Translations under genes and position numbers: made by a program
The notes under the pieces: generated by a model
What the model was told of the DNA's origin: nothing
Databases searched by the model: none
The model's input: the letters and a program-made list of their open reading frames with translations, nothing else
Shown: piece after piece, positions 56,044 to 64,000 of the stretch
Layout: each line of letters opens with the position of its first letter
Numbering within the stretch: position 1 is the stretch's first letter
DNA from: a virus
Virus record (IMG/VR): IMGVR_UViG_3300029258_004290
Coordinates: 22,915 to 86,914 of that record
DNA: 64,000 bases
Reading direction: 5' to 3' (one strand)

Positions 56044-57416
56044 AGGACATCCTGGAGATCGTCGACGCGAAGTACCGGGACCTGAAGGCGGAGATCGCAC
56101 TGCTCGCCTACGTCATGAAGCGGCGGCTGCACCCGCAGGCGGAGGAGGGGCTGTTCAGCTCGCCGCCGCACCGCTTCCTCTTCAAGGTGGCCCGCGCCCA
56201 CAACGGGCCGGTGCCGAAGGCTGTCGCGCTGGACGAGATCGAGCGCCGGGTCCCGTCGATCCGCGCGGACGCGTACCGCGCCGCTGCGGACCGCGCGTAC
56301 GGAAGGAGGGTGAAGACCCTGACGGCCAAGGGCGTCAGGTCGCTGCTCGCTAGGCTGAAGCGCATGGCCGCGAGTCGGACGATCCTCGTCGACGCGGACA
56401 GGATTGTCGACAGCGTCCTGGACGGGAAGCTCGACGCCGCGCGCCAGCTAGGGCGGGGGATCGCGCTGGCCGGCAAGAGGCCCGGGTCGCAGTACGCGGG
56501 TGACTACCTGGCGGATTTCGAGGAAAGGCGCGCGATCGTGCGGGCCAGGCGGAAGAACCCCGACCGCGTCGGCATCCCGACGGGGATTCGGAAGTTCGAC
56601 GCGGCGGCCGGCGGCCTTATGCCCGGGGAGTTCGCCATCATCCTGGGGCAGACGAACATCGGGAAAAGCATGATGCTCGAGAACCTGGCGCTCAACGCCT
56701 GGCTCCCCGAGCTGAACGCGGCGGGGCGAGCTCACAACGTCCTCTACGTCTCCATCGAGATGACGAAGCACGAGCTCGAGTTCCGGGCGGACGCCCGGCT
56801 GGCCAGGGTGGAGCACATGAAGTTCCGGCTCGGCCGCGGCTGGACCAAGGAGGACGCACGGAGGTGGAAGTCGAGGATCGAGGACCTGCGCAACACGTCG
56901 GAGACGTTCCTCCACTTTGAGTGCGTGCCGCGGCACTGCACGCCGTCCATGATCGAGGCCGTCGCCGAGCGCGTGCAGGACGAGTATGGGAGGAAGCTCG
57001 ATCTCCTTATTGTGGACTACCTCAACATCCTGGGCGCGGACGGCGAGGAGAGGTCCGGCTCGAAGCAGTGGTACTTCCAGGCGGACATCGCCTGGCAGCT
57101 GAAGGCCCTGGCCACCGACTTCAACGACGGCGAGGGGTTGGCGCTGTGGACGGCGAACCAGCTCACGGACGAGGGCGCGCGGAAGGAGGTGCTCGACTTC
57201 ACGGCCACGAAGTACGGGCGTGCGGCGGCGGAGGTCGCACCGGTCGTGGTCGGCCTGGTCCGGACGCAGGACGACGCGCTGAAGAACCAGATGCAGCTGC
57301 AGGTGGTAAAGCACAGGGGGGCGCGGCGCGTGGACCCGATCATCCTCCGGCCGAACCTCGACTTCTGCACGATGGACGACGAGCGCCGCGGGCTCAAGAC
57401 GCTGGAGGCACTGTGA
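56040..57416 (+). CDS. dnaB: DnaB-like replicative helicase
   Basis: IPTGI..FD..GGL.PGE, GQTNIGKS, YVSIEM, LLIVDYL, TANQL, VVKHR. Confidence 0.92.
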   Translation: MKDILEIVDAKYRDLKAEIALLAYVMKRRLHPQAEEGLFSSPPHRFLFKVARAHNGPVPKAVALDEIERRVPSIRADAYRAAADRAYGRRVKTLTAKGVRSLLARLKRMAASRTILVDADRIVDSVLDGKLDAARQLGRGIALAGKRPGSQYAGDYLADFEERRAIVRARRKNPDRVGIPTGIRKFDAAAGGLMPGEFAIILGQTNIGKSMMLENLALNAWLPELNAAGRAHNVLYVSIEMTKHELEFRADARLARVEHMKFRLGRGWTKEDARRWKSRIEDLRNTSETFLHFECVPRHCTPSMIEAVAERVQDEYGRKLDLLIVDYLNILGADGEERSGSKQWYFQADIAWQLKALATDFNDGEGLALWTANQLTDEGARKEVLDFTATKYGRAAAEVAPVVVGLVRTQDDALKNQMQLQVVKHRGARRVDPIILRPNLDFCTMDDERRGLKTLEAL

Positions 57417-58315
57417 GGCTCGAGGCGTCGCAGCTGCGCGCCCTGGGCCTCGAGGGGGAGGCGCGCGGCGGGGAATTCGTCGCGCTCTGCCCGTTCCACG
57501 ACGACACGCAGCCGTCGCTCGGCGTCCGGCTGCGGGACGGGGTGTGGAACTGCCTCGGATGCGGGAGGCACGGCAGCTGGGCGACGCTGCGCAGGGAGCT
57601 AGGCGCGCCGCCGGACCCGCTTGAGGACGAGCTGGCGCCAGAACCCGATCCGGAGCCGGTCAGCTGGCAGCGGCGACTGAGGGAGAAGTCCAGGGCGGGT
57701 GGGCTGACGATCCGCGTGCTGCAGGAGAACACGCTCGAGCAGTTCCCGTGCGTGGAATGGGAGACCGTGGTGTGGCTGGCGGAGCGCCGCCGCATCTCGC
57801 CGGAGGTGGCCCTGACGTACGACGTCAGGACGGGGAAGGGCCGGCTCGCCGGGTACGCGGTCATCCCGATCCGCGACCGCAGGGGCCGGCTCATCTCGTT
57901 CACGGCCCGCCACATGTCCAGCAACGACCCGCGGGAAAAGGTGAGGAAGGCGACGAACACCGACGCGCGGAAGGTCCTCTTCGGGGAGGACGTGCTCGAG
58001 CGCTTCTGGTCCAAGACGAAGGAGGTAGCCTTGGTGGAGGGAGAGATCGACGCCATGTCCGGGATGCAGTGCGGCTTCCCGACGCTCGCCCTGATGGGGT
58101 GGGTGCCGACGCAGTCGCAGCTGCGGAAGATCCGCTCGCGCTTCCTGCGGGTTACGCTCTGCCTGGACTCGACCGTCGCGGCGGAGGACGTGGACCGCGT
58201 CGCCAGGATGCTGCGGCCGTACGTCCAGGTGCGGACGGCGTGCACCAGAGAGAAGGACCTGAACGCCGAGCTGTGCGAGCACGGCGTGACGGGGGTGCGG
58301 CATGCACTCGCCTGA
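57413..58315 (+). CDS. DNA primase (CHC2 zinc finger + TOPRIM)
   Basis: CPFHDDTQPS...WNCLGC; LVEGEIDAMS; LCLD; KDLN. Confidence 0.9.
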   Translation: MRLEASQLRALGLEGEARGGEFVALCPFHDDTQPSLGVRLRDGVWNCLGCGRHGSWATLRRELGAPPDPLEDELAPEPDPEPVSWQRRLREKSRAGGLTIRVLQENTLEQFPCVEWETVVWLAERRRISPEVALTYDVRTGKGRLAGYAVIPIRDRRGRLISFTARHMSSNDPREKVRKATNTDARKVLFGEDVLERFWSKTKEVALVEGEIDAMSGMQCGFPTLALMGWVPTQSQLRKIRSRFLRVTLCLDSTVAAEDVDRVARMLRPYVQVRTACTREKDLNAELCEHGVTGVRHALA

Positions 58316-59834
58316 CTTCCCCAACCCGATGCGGGGCTTCCCGTACCCGGAGCCGCGCGACATCCAGCGCAAGGCGATCATGGCGACAATGAGGCAGCTC
58401 CTCAAGGGGAAGCGGGTCGTCGTGCTCGAGCTGCCGACCGGAGTGGGGAAGAGCGCGGTCGGCCTGACGCTCGCGCTGGCGGAGGGGCCGTGCTTTTACA
58501 TCACGGTGCAGAAGATGCTGCAGGACCAGTACGAGCGGGAGTTCCCCGACCGCTTCGCCGTGCTCAAGGGGAGGAACGCGTACGAGTGCGCGGCCGAGCG
58601 CGGGTCGAACTGCGCGGAGGGGCCGTGCACCGTCGACCCGGCGCTGAGGAAGCAGCACGCCGACCGCTGCCCGTACACGCAGGCGGCGGAGAGAGCGCTC
58701 AACCACGCCAGGCCGCTCTTCAACATGGACTCCTTCTACTACCAGTCGGAGCACGGCTGGTTCCGCGGCGCGCGGCGCCCCCTCCTGGTCGTCGACGAGG
58801 GGCACCTCATCGAGGACAAGTTCATGTCGTTCATCGAGGTCCGCGTCACGGCCGACGACTTCGGGGAGAAGCCGCCGGAGGAGGGGACGCCGCTCGCGGA
58901 CTGCGTGCCGTACCTTGAGGCGTGCAGGGTCGAGGCGGAGGCGGAGGTCGAGGCGAAGAAGGACTCGCCCGGCCTGACGAAGGCGGAGGCGAAGCGCCTG
59001 GCGCACCTACACTCGGTCGCGGCCAGGATCGGGGAGTTGCTCGACGACCTGCCGAAGAACCCGCAGAACTGGGTGCACCAGTGGGAGACGACCAGGCGCG
59101 GCCGCCAGGTCCTGGTCGTCAAGCCGGTCGTCGTCGGGAGGTGGGCGAGGGATCGGCTGTTCGACAAGGCGGAGCGCGCGGTCGTCATGAGCGCGACGAT
59201 CGTCTCCATCGAGCAGTGGTGCCAGGCCGTCGGGCTCGAGCGGTCGGAGGTCGCGTACCTCTGCGCCGGCTCGCCGTTCCCGAAGGAGAACCGGCGGATA
59301 GTCAAGCGGTACGCCGGGAGCATGTCGTTCCGCAACTACGAGAGGACCAGGCCGAAGATGCTGCGAGAGCTGCGCGCGATCCTGGCGGAGCACGAGGGGG
59401 AGCGCGGCATCGTGCACACCCACTCCTACAAGGTGGAGCGGGCGATCCGCGACGGCATCCGCGACCCGCGGCTGACGTTCAAGAACGGCGACGTCGCCGC
59501 GATGCTGCGCGAGCACGAGGCGAAGAGGGGCAGCGTCATCGTCGCGCCCGGCCTCGCGGAGGGGCTCGACCTCAAGGACGACCTCTCCAGGTTCCAGGTG
59601 GTGTGCAAGGTGCCGTACCCCTCGCTCGGCGACGCGCAGATGCAGCGGAGGTTCGAGCTGAGCAGGTCCTACTACGCCTACCGCACGATGCTCACGCTCG
59701 TGCAGGAGTACGGGCGGAGCGTGAGGCACGAGGGCGACCGCGCGGTGACGTACGTCGTCGACTCCGACCTCGACCGCTTCCTCCGGCAGAACGCCCGCAT
59801 CACCCCCTCGTGGTTCGCGGAGGCGCTGGAGTAG
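58302..59834 (+). CDS. DinG/XPD-family (Fe-S) helicase
   Basis: PR.IQ, ELPTGVGKS, LKGRNAYEC...C...C...CPY, VVDEGH, MSAT, EGLDL, Q..GR.VRHEGD. Confidence 0.9.
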   Translation: MHSPDFPNPMRGFPYPEPRDIQRKAIMATMRQLLKGKRVVVLELPTGVGKSAVGLTLALAEGPCFYITVQKMLQDQYEREFPDRFAVLKGRNAYECAAERGSNCAEGPCTVDPALRKQHADRCPYTQAAERALNHARPLFNMDSFYYQSEHGWFRGARRPLLVVDEGHLIEDKFMSFIEVRVTADDFGEKPPEEGTPLADCVPYLEACRVEAEAEVEAKKDSPGLTKAEAKRLAHLHSVAARIGELLDDLPKNPQNWVHQWETTRRGRQVLVVKPVVVGRWARDRLFDKAERAVVMSATIVSIEQWCQAVGLERSEVAYLCAGSPFPKENRRIVKRYAGSMSFRNYERTRPKMLRELRAILAEHEGERGIVHTHSYKVERAIRDGIRDPRLTFKNGDVAAMLREHEAKRGSVIVAPGLAEGLDLKDDLSRFQVVCKVPYPSLGDAQMQRRFELSRSYYAYRTMLTLVQEYGRSVRHEGDRAVTYVVDSDLDRFLRQNARITPSWFAEALE

Positions 59835-59886
59835 GCCTCCGGGGCCGCGGGCGGGCCGAGCCCTCGCGGATCGGCCCGAAGGCCTA
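59832..59886 (+). terminator. GC-rich hairpin at end of replication module
   Basis: TAGGCCT...AGGCCTA outer stem with nested GGGCCG/CGGCCC. Confidence 0.4.
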
Positions 59887-59892
59887 GGTTGG

Positions 59893-59951
59893 GCTTACAT
59901 TATTCTAGAAAAGTGCTGTACGCGGCGGAGTTCCTACTTTATAATGTAAGC
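59893..59951 (+). promoter_or_regulatory. early promoter (TATAAT 59940-59945) with 11-bp inverted repeat operator candidate
   Basis: GCTTACATTAT (59893-59903) and ATAATGTAAGC (59941-59951) in an AT-rich gap. Confidence 0.7.
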
Positions 59952-59995
59952 AGATCAAAGCAAGGGGCGAGCAGCCCCGGAAAGAGGGAACGACG

Positions 59996-60685
59996 ATGGG
60001 AGCCGAGACGAAGAAGAGCGGAGCGAAGGGAACGAACGAAGAGGCCGCCATGGGAGCGGCCTCCAACATTTCCGAGGAGGGAACGACGATGGACACGAAC
60101 AACAACAACATGGTGGTGATCGACGAGCAGGGGACGACGGTGCCGGCCGACAGCGAGATGGCGGACGACGCGATCGAGGCCAGCGGAGAGGAAGAGGAGG
60201 CCGTTGACACGAGCATCCCGCTGCGCGTCCGCGTGCGGGCCGCCTTCAGCGCGGAGGAGCAGAGCGAGATCCTCAAGGGCAACGCCGCCCGCCTGCGGCT
60301 GCCCGCCCCCTACAAGGCGATGCAGTGCCCCAACGGCATGATGATCGAGAACAAGAAGACCGGACGCCGCGTGGTCGTCGGCAACTACGCCTTCGGAGAG
60401 GTCAGCCGCGCGCTGAACGCTCTCCTTTACGGCGGGAGCGGCAATGGCGACTACATCGACGCGGGGCAGTGGGCGGAGATCCGGCAGCACCTCTGCGGCG
60501 AGACGCCGCTCACCGACGAGCAGGTCAACGAGTTGTGGGCGATGGGAGACGGCTACGGGAAGCTGACCGCCGAGGAGGTCGCGGGCATGCTCTACGACTT
60601 CACGCACATCAAGGCCTCGAGCGTCGAGGCGAAGCGCGCCATCGCGGACGCGCTGAAGAACATGCTCGAAGGGGCGGCGGCGTAA
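59996..60685 (+). CDS. early hypothetical protein (second in-frame start at 60089)
   Basis: Two motif-associated ATGs 93 nt apart. Confidence 0.75.
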   Translation: MGAETKKSGAKGTNEEAAMGAASNISEEGTTMDTNNNNMVVIDEQGTTVPADSEMADDAIEASGEEEEAVDTSIPLRVRVRAAFSAEEQSEILKGNAARLRLPAPYKAMQCPNGMMIENKKTGRRVVVGNYAFGEVSRALNALLYGGSGNGDYIDAGQWAEIRQHLCGETPLTDEQVNELWAMGDGYGKLTAEEVAGMLYDFTHIKASSVEAKRAIADALKNMLEGAAA

Positions 60686-60714
60686 GCCGCCCCCCGGGCA
60701 CGGAGGGAACGACG

Positions 60715-61623
60715 ATGAACACTGAACTGAAGAACAACACCAACACGAACAAAGCCCCGGACCCCGAGGTCGCCAAGGCGATCGCGGCGGCGGAGGAGAA
60801 GCAGCGCGAGGCGGCCGAGCTGAGGCGGAAGGCCGAGACCCTCGAGAAGAAGGGCGTGTTCCAGCAGGAGGCGGCGCAGCGCCTCGCCGACGCGCAGAAG
60901 GAGTTCGGCGCCGAGACCGCGCTGCGCGTCGAGGAGGACGAGGACGGCCACGTCCACTGCGCCGTCTACGTCGGCGTCACCCGCTACGGCTACTCGCACC
61001 GCGGATGGCTCGACGCCCTGAATACGGCGCGGGGCTGGGTCGCCAGCCGCGAGACGCGCCGCCGCATCGCGCAGGGGTACAAGGACATCGCGTCGGCGTT
61101 CACCGGCGCGGGGTGCGTGGTCGAGCGCGGGGCCGAGAAGCTGGACTACGGCATCGTCTGCCGGAAGGTCGAGAAGGTCAACGGCACCCGGGTGCGCATC
61201 CACATCGAGGAGCAGTATCGCGGCGGCCACTACAGCTACCGCAGCACCGGCCGGCTGGTCGCCGTCGTGGAGCCGGCCAGCTGGCGGCAGGGCGACCGGG
61301 TGCGCCGCTACCCCGAGCTGAAGGCAGGGGGCTTCAACTATAAGAAGATCGTGGAGACGGTCCTCGAGGAGATCCGCATCGCGAAGGCCTGCGCGAAGAG
61401 GCGCTCTGAGGAGGAGGGGGCGCGCATGCGGTCGTCCGCCCTCGCCACCCACCTCAACCTGCAGCTCTTCGGCAAGGAGCGGCCCTACGGCGTCGGGACC
61501 TTCCGCGGCTGCATGTCCGGTGACAGGGTTGCGATGGACCTCCCGTCGACCGTGACGAAGGAGCAGGCGCGCGCGCTGCTGGCGACACTCCGTGAGCTCG
61601 GCCTCGCGAAGGAGGGGAAGTAA
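60715..61623 (+). CDS. early hypothetical protein
   Basis: Motif-associated ATG. Confidence 0.75.
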   Translation: MNTELKNNTNTNKAPDPEVAKAIAAAEEKQREAAELRRKAETLEKKGVFQQEAAQRLADAQKEFGAETALRVEEDEDGHVHCAVYVGVTRYGYSHRGWLDALNTARGWVASRETRRRIAQGYKDIASAFTGAGCVVERGAEKLDYGIVCRKVEKVNGTRVRIHIEEQYRGGHYSYRSTGRLVAVVEPASWRQGDRVRRYPELKAGGFNYKKIVETVLEEIRIAKACAKRRSEEEGARMRSSALATHLNLQLFGKERPYGVGTFRGCMSGDRVAMDLPSTVTKEQARALLATLRELGLAKEGK

Positions 61624-61624
61624 G

Positions 61625-61885
61625 ATGCTGGGCACCGACACGATCCACGGTGACAAGGTCATAGCCGCGGCTCACCTCCCGTACGAGGAGGGCCGCGGTA
61701 TCCGCGACCGCAGGCTCGTGCTGGTAGACCGGGGCGCGGAGCGCGGGGAGGTCGGCTGCCGGTGGGTGGTCGCCCTCGAGAACTTCGGCGACGGGGAGTG
61801 GTACTCCAGCGGCTACCACAATACGAAGCAGAACGCGGTCGACGAGTTCGTCGCCCGCATGCGCGAGTACCTCGGCGTCGGCTGA
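61625..61885 (+). CDS. early hypothetical protein
   Basis: AAGGAGG RBS. Confidence 0.65.
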   Translation: MLGTDTIHGDKVIAAAHLPYEEGRGIRDRRLVLVDRGAERGEVGCRWVVALENFGDGEWYSSGYHNTKQNAVDEFVARMREYLGVG

Positions 61886-61915
61886 GGCGAATATGAAGGA
61901 AGAGAGGGAACGACG

Positions 61916-62320
61916 ATGGCGAACGGAACACTGAGGAAGGCGGACGTGCGGGAGATCCTTGCGGCGACGTACCCGGGCTACCGGGGGCGGAAGTTCGGTG
62001 CGGAGCTCCTCCGAGACGGGAGGTACCTCGTGCAGGATCACTGGTCCGGGGGCACGAGGTACTACGTGAAGGCCGTGACGCGCGACCCGGAGACCGGCCG
62101 GCTGGTCGTGCGGGGCGCCGCGGCGTACAATCCCATCACGGTGGACCACAGCCGCCTCGAGATCGAGGTGCCGGACGACGTGCTCCTCGTCGAGCACGTG
62201 TACTTCTGCGGGAGGGACCTAGGGATCCGCTTCCGCATGACCGCGAGGTCCACGTGGACCCGCGAGCTCCCGTTCTCGCGGGTGCTCGCGCTGCCGCAGC
62301 CGCTCGAGGCGCTGCGATAA
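61916..62320 (+). CDS. early hypothetical protein
   Basis: Motif-associated ATG. Confidence 0.75.
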   Translation: MANGTLRKADVREILAATYPGYRGRKFGAELLRDGRYLVQDHWSGGTRYYVKAVTRDPETGRLVVRGAAAYNPITVDHSRLEIEVPDDVLLVEHVYFCGRDLGIRFRMTARSTWTRELPFSRVLALPQPLEALR

Positions 62321-62344
62321 AGAGAGGGAAGAGAGGGAACGACG

Positions 62345-62962
62345 ATGACCAGAATGACGAAGACCATGCCCAGGAAGGGCAGGCGGGTCAAGGCGGCCGG
62401 CCTCCTCACGGAGGACGACGTGCGGGCCATGACGAAGGGGCAGCTGCGCAAGGTCGCGCTCGGGGCGCTCGAGGCGCACAGGTCGCTGACGGCGCGGCAC
62501 TACGCCGCGAGGCTGAAGGCCAAGGACTCGCCGGCCGACCGTCGCGAGGCGGACGTCGCCGCGGACGCGGCGTTCTGCGTCCGCCTCGCGCTCGCCCAGG
62601 CGATCGGGATGAAGAAGCTTGACGAGCTCGAAGGGCGCGCGGCCACGGGCAAGCCGACGCGCAGCAAGATAGAGAGGACGCCGCTCGGGGGCTACCTCGT
62701 CCGCGTCGGGAAGCTCGCGGTCGAGCGCTGGTGGAACCGGCAGGAGCGGTCGTGGGTCGTGATGCTGCTCGACGAGAACGGGTACCAGTTCGGGACGTCG
62801 ACGTACCTCTGCGGCAAGGAGGCCGCGGTGGGCCTGCAGGAGGGCTGGGTCCAGATCCTCGAGGCGGGGAAGCTTCCGGCCGAGGCGTTCCCCCCGCACG
62901 TGTGGAACCCCAAGATCGACGAGCGCGACCTCGTCGCGTCGGCAGAGGAGGCCCGCAAGTGA
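62345..62962 (+). CDS. early hypothetical protein
   Basis: Motif-associated ATG. Confidence 0.75.
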   Translation: MTRMTKTMPRKGRRVKAAGLLTEDDVRAMTKGQLRKVALGALEAHRSLTARHYAARLKAKDSPADRREADVAADAAFCVRLALAQAIGMKKLDELEGRAATGKPTRSKIERTPLGGYLVRVGKLAVERWWNRQERSWVVMLLDENGYQFGTSTYLCGKEAAVGLQEGWVQILEAGKLPAEAFPPHVWNPKIDERDLVASAEEARK

Positions 62963-63423
62963 CGACGAAGAAGGACCTGCGGCAGGAGTCGTCGGATACG
63001 AAGGGCGCGCTGCGGGAGTTGCGCCGCCGGAAGATGGTGATGCTCCACGACCTGCGGGAGCTGAACCGCGCGATCCGCTACCTCTCCAAGGAGCAGGAGC
63101 GGGTCGACAAGGCGCTGCGGAAGCCGCGGCGCAAGGCGCGGCCGATGAAGGAGCCGTGCACGTATCACGCCGAGACGCGCGTCGGCAAAAGTAAGTTCCG
63201 TCGGCTGCATGGCCGCGTCGACGCGGCGGGCTTTCATGCGCCGCGCTTCGCGGTGCTGCGCCGCCTCAACCGCCGGCTGCGCAACCCGGGCCAGTGGGAC
63301 GGGGTCAAGCTTGAGGTTATGACCGCGACGACCGCGCGGGAGTTCACCATGCAGGTGGTGGACGGCCGCGTGCAGCTCCTGTCGGCCTACGTCGCGCCCG
63401 ACCTGGCGAGGGAGACAGTCTGA
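62959..63423 (+). CDS. hypothetical protein
   Basis: GAGGAGG RBS, GTGA coupling. Confidence 0.65.
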   Translation: MTTKKDLRQESSDTKGALRELRRRKMVMLHDLRELNRAIRYLSKEQERVDKALRKPRRKARPMKEPCTYHAETRVGKSKFRRLHGRVDAAGFHAPRFAVLRRLNRRLRNPGQWDGVKLEVMTATTAREFTMQVVDGRVQLLSAYVAPDLARETV

Positions 63424-63932
63424 TGGCCTTCGGCGGCATGGCCAAGGAGAAGGTGATGGCCCGGGCGCGCAAGCGCTGGGGGGCCAAGGCGCACGCCGCG
63501 CCCGGCCACCTGTACGGGAAGAAGGAGTGCTGGGTCGGCTACAGAGCAGAGGGCGGGCGCTTCGAGGTGAAGGGGCGCGGTCCGACGTGGAAGGAGGCGT
63601 TCCGCATGGCCGATCACTTCGAGAACCCGGACCCGGAGCAGCTCCGTCTGGGGAAGGAGATCAATGGGAAGTGGCTGAAGGCGCACGTCGGGAAGACCGG
63701 CGTCCAGGTGAAGGACCGGCAGGGCGAGGGCACTGTGCGGCAGCTCGAGCGCCGTGCGAAGATCGACCTGGCCAAGGAGATGATCCAGGGCGGGAAGGGC
63801 AGGCACGAGACGATCGAGGCGATCATGGCGAAGTTCGAGGGCGGCACGTACAACTCCATCTCCTCCTCGATCATACAGGCGGCGCGCAAGGAGCTCGGCC
63901 TGAGCGGTGCCGGGAAGGTAAAGAGGAAATGA
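63423..63932 (+). CDS. hypothetical protein
   Basis: TGATG coupling. Confidence 0.65.
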   Translation: MAFGGMAKEKVMARARKRWGAKAHAAPGHLYGKKECWVGYRAEGGRFEVKGRGPTWKEAFRMADHFENPDPEQLRLGKEINGKWLKAHVGKTGVQVKDRQGEGTVRQLERRAKIDLAKEMIQGGKGRHETIEAIMAKFEGGTYNSISSSIIQAARKELGLSGAGKVKRK

Positions 63933-64000
63933 GCGCGGAGGGCTGGGACAAGAAGAGGGTCGTCGCCCTGCTCGACAGCAACCCGCGGGCGGTCGAGCGG

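Larger units (their letters stand above)
59984..62347 (+). repeat. five identical start-associated 15-mers GAGGGAACGACGATG
   Basis: 59984-59998, 60077-60091, 60703-60717, 61904-61918, 62333-62347; each ends in an ATG. Confidence 0.93.
1..64000 (+). mobile_element. Tailed phage genome segment (contractile-tailed, SPO1/Twort-like virion module); no att site or integrase visible
   Basis: Co-oriented, tightly packed terminase, portal, protease, capsid, sheath, tube, tape measure, baseplate, lysis and replication genes; no host housekeeping genes. Confidence 0.96.

Noticed and set aside
59984-62347. 15-mer repeats as a CRISPR array
   Set aside because: Repeats are too short, irregularly spaced (93-1201 bp), fused to start codons, and no cas genes are present

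Overview
The whole 64 kb window is a GC-rich tailed-phage genome segment with every credible gene on the + strand. In order it contains: small hypothetical genes; a terminase large subunit; a cluster of basic head-associated proteins; portal; ADP-ribosyltransferase/peptidase polyvalent proteins; MuF-like minor head protein; an EndoVII-type homing endonuclease; prohead protease, scaffold and major capsid protein of SPO1/Twort (Herelleviridae)-like type; fibre/beta-helix proteins; a patatin; neck, contractile sheath, tube, chaperone, tape measure, baseplate and tail fibre; holin-like genes and a GH108 endolysin; a replication module (HTH protein, DnaC-like loader, DnaB, primase, DinG-like helicase); and a putative early-gene cluster. 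I saw no tRNA, rRNA, CRISPR array, integrase or DNA polymerase. Two candidate systems stand out. (1) A ~64-nt hairpin RNA just downstream of a TATAAT box (53959-54022) carries the exact 13-nt antisense of a motif (GAGGGAACGACGA-TG) that covers the Shine-Dalgarno and start codon at five start sites in the early cluster, suggesting a trans-acting antisense RNA regulon. (2) A family of head-region proteins shares an LxK|A maturation-type site plus a conserved ~25-aa tag fused to variable cargo, including three R-S-E ADP-ribosyltransferase domains and a HExxH peptidase. One member is a three-unit polyprotein, suggesting a modular capsid-packaged effector system. All product calls come from motif recognition by eye; no database search was run.
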